Made by a program: the position numbers and the translations under genes
The notes under the pieces: generated by a model
Databases searched by the model: none
The model's input: only the letters and a program-made list of their open reading frames with translations
What the model was told of the DNA's origin: nothing
In this document: piece by piece, positions 34,941-38,997 of the stretch
Position numbering within the stretch: position 1 is the stretch's first letter
How the letters are laid out: every line of letters starts with the position of its first letter
DNA from: a virus
Strand: one strand, 5' to 3'
DNA length: 38,997 nucleotides
IMG/VR virus record: IMGVR_UViG_3300012933_000306
Span: 1 to 38,997 of that record

Positions 34941-37900
34941 ATGGAGCAAAATATTATTGAGTTAGGGTTTGATATGGCCAAATTTACGCCTCAACAGAAA
35001 GAGGTGCTAGATGGCTTAAATCAAGTAATTGCATCAGCTGAAAAGATTGAGTCGCTTAAAATAGGCCCGTCTGTTTCTCCTTCCTGGAAAGCCTTAAAGG
35101 ATTCAATTAGCGCGCAAGCCCTTGAACTTAAGAAATTGCAAGATGCAAATGTGCAATATGTTAAAAGCCAAGAAGCTTTGACAAAAGCTGAAACGGCTCA
35201 AATTGTGCAAATGCAACAAAAAGAACGTTTAGCCCAACAAGAAATTAAAACTAAAAAAGCATTAGCGGCTGAATCAAATGCTAGCGCAAATGCAACAGCT
35301 AAAGAGGCTAAATTAATTGATCAGCTTACAAATGAGTATTTACAGCTTAATAAAGCCTATAACGATGCAGTTTTAAAGTATCGTAATCTATTTTTAGTAA
35401 AAGGAGAAGATGCAGCAGTAACTAAGCAACAATTGCAAACCGTTACTGAATATCGTACCATTTTAGATAAGATGGATAAAAATTTGAATATACACACTAG
35501 AAACGTGGGTAACTATTCAAGTGCTTTTAACGGATTAGGAATGTCAATCCAACAAGTAGGCCGAGAATTGCCAACACTTGCAATTAACTTCCAAATGTTT
35601 GCATTGGCTATTTCAAATAACTTACCAATACTTGCGGACGAATTAGGAAGGGCTAAAAAGGAAATTGCAGCGCTTCAAGCAGAAGGTAAAACCGCGCCTA
35701 GCCTATTTTCACAAATAGGAAAAGCGATATTTAGTTGGCAATCTGCCCTTACTATTGGCATTACTTTGTTTACTGTTTATGCAAAAGAGATAGGGGATTT
35801 TGTAGGGTCGTTAGTTTCAGCAGAATATGCCTTGAAAAAGGAAGCTGAAGCACAAGCTAGAAGGAATGTTTTAATGTTAGAATACCTTAAGATAATGAGG
35901 GATATTAACCAAACAAATGATTTCACAAATAACCAATATGATCAAACAATTAGGTCAATGGAGGCCGAAATAGGATCAGCAAGGTCATTAGGTAAATCTA
36001 AGCTTGACTTATTAACTTTAGAGGAAAAATTAGCTGTTCAAAGAGAATTAACAGCCAATAAAGCATTTTTAGAAAGCGGCGGTTTTACAGAATTAGGCGA
36101 AAGAGAGAAAAAAGTTACTTCCTTACGTATTGCTTTGCTTGAAAACAATAGAGCCTTAGAAAAAGATATAAATAATAAAAGACTAATTGATCAAAAGAAA
36201 ACTTTAGAGGAAGAACTTAAAAATGCAACGGATAGCTACGATATGCAATTTAAGATAGTCGATGAATTTTCTAGGACTTTTAATCAAGTAAATGAAAAGC
36301 GTAATGAATTAGCTACTTTTCTTGAATCAGAAAAGACTAAAAATATAATGGATAACATTACTAATGAGGCTAACATGCAGATAGCTAAAAATGAAGTTGT
36401 GTTAAATAGCGAAGCTTCTACTGAAAAGCAAAGATTAGCAGCTCTACAAAGTAATTTTAGTGAACGTAAAAAAATTATACAAGCGGAACTTGATTATGCT
36501 AAAAAACAGCCTGGAGCTTATAATGCAGATGGAAGCGCAACTTCTGAAACTAAAAAAGCAATATTAAAGGCAAATGCTGAAACATTAGACGCTACAATTC
36601 AATTACAGGATAAAACTTTCCAAGTAAAAGAGGATTATCGTAAAAGAAATTTAGCCGCTGACTCATCTATACTAAAAAGCCAATTAGCTATTCAGGATGA
36701 ATTTGCTAAAAACTTATTAGCTAGAGAAACAGCATCTATTGAAGATCGTTTGTCTGCCCAAAAACAATTAATAGCTGATCAGGAAACTGCTGAAACGGAT
36801 AGGTATAAAATGGCTATTGATAAGAAGGGATTGACGGATAAAGAAGTTGAGGCCCTTGAAAAAGAGCATCAAACCAATTTAGCTTTAATCAAAATTAGAG
36901 GCACGGTTTCAACTATTGAGCTTGTTAGAAAATTAACCTTAGAAGCTATCCAAAGAGATGGAAATACAGTTGAAACCGCTAGTTTAGAGGCTTTAACTAA
37001 AGACTATAACGCTTTAGCTGATAACTTAGAGAAAAAGTTAATCACACTTAAAGAGTTCAATCAGCAAAAAAGAATTATAGATCAAAATTATACTGACCAA
37101 AGCTTAAATACGCAATTAGATGCAATTGATAAGGTTATTGAGGCTGAAAAGAAAGCTGATAAGGATATTACGGCATTGCTTAAGCAAAGAGAAGCAATTG
37201 TAAACAATATTGCTAAAAATAGATTAAGTAAGGCTGAAGATGATGCTAAAATTCAGAAAGATATCGATAAGGCTATTTGGGATGCTGCTAAACAATTGGC
37301 CTTTGAAACGCTTGATGCGATACAGGTAATGGTTACAGCTACTTATGATAATGAAATAGCTAGGTTGCAGGAATTACAAAAAGCTAAAGATGAATATTAT
37401 AGCACTGAAATAGATAATATTAAAAATAGTTCATTATCAGAAGAAGAAAAAATAAGGAGAACTAAAGTGCTTGAAGCTGAAGCAGCTCAACAACGTAAAA
37501 AAATAGATGCTGAAATAAAACAAGAAAATATTAAAAAGGCGCAAGCTGAACGTGAATTTCAGATATTTAAAATTATAGGTAATACTGCAATAGGTATAAC
37601 AAGTGCTTTATCTTCTACACCTCCGAATCCCGTTTTAGCTGCTATTATTGGGGCTATTGGCGCAGTGCAATTAGCTAAAACAATTGCTACTCCTATTCCT
37701 AAATATGCAGATGGTACATCAAACCACCCTGGAGGTTTAGCAATATACGGAGAAGCTGGGCCAGAGGTAGTAAAAGAGCCAGGAAAGGACGCTTATTTAG
37801 TTAATCAAGCCACATTAAGCGCTTTACCTAAAGGAACTAAGGTTACTCCAATGGATCAAATTAACCAAGTGATGATGGAAACAATGCTTAAATCACAAGG

Positions 37901-38060
37901 AAGGTTTATGAATAGTGATTCTTACGATAGCAGTTGGGATGTAGCTAGATGGCAAACAAATAGATTAGAAAAGGCTTTAGCTAAAAATGCTAAACGTTCA
38001 AATAGGGTTAATGTGGTACTAAAAAGTTCGCTAGATGTAAACAAGAGTTTTGGTAGATAA
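34941..38060 (+). CDS. Tail tape measure protein
   Basis: 1,039 aa, long coiled-coil, with internal hydrophobic segments. The C-terminal ADGTSNHPGGLAIYGEAGPEVV motif is typical of tape measure proteins. The 0.15 nm per residue rule implies a tail of about 150 nm (inference). Confidence 0.9.
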   Translation: MEQNIIELGFDMAKFTPQQKEVLDGLNQVIASAEKIESLKIGPSVSPSWKALKDSISAQALELKKLQDANVQYVKSQEALTKAETAQIVQMQQKERLAQQEIKTKKALAAESNASANATAKEAKLIDQLTNEYLQLNKAYNDAVLKYRNLFLVKGEDAAVTKQQLQTVTEYRTILDKMDKNLNIHTRNVGNYSSAFNGLGMSIQQVGRELPTLAINFQMFALAISNNLPILADELGRAKKEIAALQAEGKTAPSLFSQIGKAIFSWQSALTIGITLFTVYAKEIGDFVGSLVSAEYALKKEAEAQARRNVLMLEYLKIMRDINQTNDFTNNQYDQTIRSMEAEIGSARSLGKSKLDLLTLEEKLAVQRELTANKAFLESGGFTELGEREKKVTSLRIALLENNRALEKDINNKRLIDQKKTLEEELKNATDSYDMQFKIVDEFSRTFNQVNEKRNELATFLESEKTKNIMDNITNEANMQIAKNEVVLNSEASTEKQRLAALQSNFSERKKIIQAELDYAKKQPGAYNADGSATSETKKAILKANAETLDATIQLQDKTFQVKEDYRKRNLAADSSILKSQLAIQDEFAKNLLARETASIEDRLSAQKQLIADQETAETDRYKMAIDKKGLTDKEVEALEKEHQTNLALIKIRGTVSTIELVRKLTLEAIQRDGNTVETASLEALTKDYNALADNLEKKLITLKEFNQQKRIIDQNYTDQSLNTQLDAIDKVIEAEKKADKDITALLKQREAIVNNIAKNRLSKAEDDAKIQKDIDKAIWDAAKQLAFETLDAIQVMVTATYDNEIARLQELQKAKDEYYSTEIDNIKNSSLSEEEKIRRTKVLEAEAAQQRKKIDAEIKQENIKKAQAEREFQIFKIIGNTAIGITSALSSTPPNPVLAAIIGAIGAVQLAKTIATPIPKYADGTSNHPGGLAIYGEAGPEVVKEPGKDAYLVNQATLSALPKGTKVTPMDQINQVMMETMLKSQGRFMNSDSYDSSWDVARWQTNRLEKALAKNAKRSNRVNVVLKSSLDVNKSFGR

Positions 38061-38114
38061 TCGCATATCTTTGAATGTACTTGCATTGGTTCTTTGTTAT
38101 GATTTTGTTGTGCG

Positions 38115-38141
38115 GCCCTCGTTTTTACGGGGGCTTTTTTT
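38115..38141 (+). terminator. Rho-independent terminator after the tape measure gene
   Basis: GCCCTCG-ttttta-CGGGGGC (7-bp stem with one G-U pair) followed by TTTTTTT. Confidence 0.7.
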
Positions 38142-38171
38142 ATTTGCTTTAAATAATCTTATATTTGCTTT

Positions 38172-38997
38172 ATGGGAATACCTACTAAAAATTGGCTATA
38201 CTTTATTGGGGATAATAAGGGTAAAACTGCACGTATTAGCAACGGAGTTGTTAGTATGCTTGGCGGCCCTCCTGTACCTTTGGCACAAAATCCACAAGGT
38301 TGGCAAGACATAGAAGTAGGGTTTGCAACAGATTTTAAGTATAATAGCCTTAACAGAATGGCTACTATTCCAATGACTTTTATAGGCGATGGCGCTGAAA
38401 TATTACGCTATTTTATGTATAGTGGTAAAGGGTTTAATGAGGATTTATACGTTATAGCCCTTAAAAAATCCTATGCAAATGGCAAATACGAGCTTCAATA
38501 CAGCGGAAAGCTAGATATGTCAAAAGCAAAAGATAATCCTTTAATAGGGGTAGAAGTACCTGCAAAAGAAGGAGGAATCATGTCTTATATTGCTGCAAAT
38601 GAAAGTGTGATATATGAAATAGACTCAACTAGCGCAAATACTGATACTGAAAGCGTTTTATTTGATGGAGCAAGTTTTAGCAATGTATTTGATTTTATCT
38701 TTGGGTCAACTCCTTCAGGAGAGTCATTTGGTTCGGATTTTAGTTTAAAAAATGGTATTTATGGTACTTTTCCGTTCGTATATGACACAGAACAGGGGCT
38801 TTCTTTTAATTTAGTTAAAGGAAGTACTATTGAGCCAGATAATTTTTCAGATTTATCCGCATATGTTTCAAGTTCTGCAAACTATCTTTTTTATTCGGCA
38901 GACCCAATTACTATCGACATAAATGGTTTTTTAGTATTTACCAAAAAAATAGCTACAAGCCCATCTTTATTTAACATAGATTTATTTTTTTACACTT
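38172..38997 (+). CDS. Tail tip/baseplate structural protein, 5' part of a wrap-around gene (continues at nt 56 of the window; 1,064 aa in total)
   Basis: ATG at 38172 follows the terminator after the tape measure gene. I translated it by hand to the window end with no stop (MGIPTKNWLYFIGDNKGKTARISNG...FTKKIATSPSLFNIDLFFYT). The frame matches frame 1 at the window start. It is absent from the ORF track because it has no stop in the window. Confidence 0.85.
   Translation, partial: MGIPTKNWLYFIGDNKGKTARISNGVVSMLGGPPVPLAQNPQGWQDIEVGFATDFKYNSLNRMATIPMTFIGDGAEILRYFMYSGKGFNEDLYVIALKKSYANGKYELQYSGKLDMSKAKDNPLIGVEVPAKEGGIMSYIAANESVIYEIDSTSANTDTESVLFDGASFSNVFDFIFGSTPSGESFGSDFSLKNGIYGTFPFVYDTEQGLSFNLVKGSTIEPDNFSDLSAYVSSSANYLFYSADPITIDINGFLVFTKKIATSPSLFNIDLFFYT
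38943..38997. repeat. Second copy of the 55-bp terminal repeat
   Basis: Identical to 1..55. Confidence 0.95.

Noticed and set aside
38050-38313. 87-aa + strand ORF overlapping the end of the tape measure gene and the start of the next tail gene.
   Set aside because: It spans an intrinsic terminator (38115..38141), is Leu/Phe-rich low complexity, and overlaps the much better supported 38172 ORF in another frame.
1-38997. CRISPR arrays, rRNA genes, canonical tRNAs, transposases/IS elements, toxin-antitoxin pairs and stop-codon recoding.
   Set aside because: No spaced identical repeats of CRISPR type were seen. There is only one T-loop-like motif in the window. No DDE or serine/tyrosine recombinase motifs were found. 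All long genes are intact under the standard code.

Overview
The window is a complete, circularly closed genome of an AT-rich tailed dsDNA phage with a siphovirus-like layout. Nt 1..55 are identical to 38943..38997, so the unit length is 38,942 bp. A 1,064-aa tail gene that the ORF track misses runs across the junction (38172..38997 joined to 1..2424). The host is probably a Bacteroidota/Flavobacteriia-type bacterium. This is inferred from A-rich leaders without Shine-Dalgarno sites, signal peptides ending in AQ/SQ, and TTTG...TAnnTTT-like promoter boxes. Almost everything is on the + strand. Gene order: tail tip and fibres (1..7552); two small secreted proteins; a lysis cassette of holin, small membrane protein, u-spanin-like lipoprotein and TIGR02594-type endolysin (8221..9959); a metallophosphoesterase plus GNAT pair and a strong terminator; a small HTH gene and about 9 small ORFan early genes (11494..13966); and a well-known replication/recombination module (13966..24071) of DUF2800 PD-(D/E)XK nuclease, DUF2815 SSB-like protein, DUF3820-like protein, family A DNA polymerase, dNMP-kinase-like protein, VirE-type primase-helicase, an iteron/AT-rich putative ori, VRR-NUC and SNF2 helicase. 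The only minus-strand island follows (24144..25970: three tiny membrane peptides, RadC/JAB, unknowns and an HTH). The HK97-type morphogenesis module then runs from 26065 to 38060: terS, terL, portal, prohead protease, major capsid, neck, major tail and tape measure. No integrase, repressor, CRISPR array, reverse transcriptase or rRNA was seen. The most unusual item is a 126-nt tRNA-like element at 34199..34324. It has a canonical acceptor helix, D arm and T arm but no recognisable anticodon arm, and it exactly fills the gap between two ORFs upstream of the tape measure gene. Other items worth follow-up are the minus-strand RadC island with an acr-aca-like tail, two paralogous mini-HTH proteins absent from the ORF track, phased direct repeats next to them, and Sec-type signal peptides on the 1,246-aa fibre protein and two downstream small proteins.
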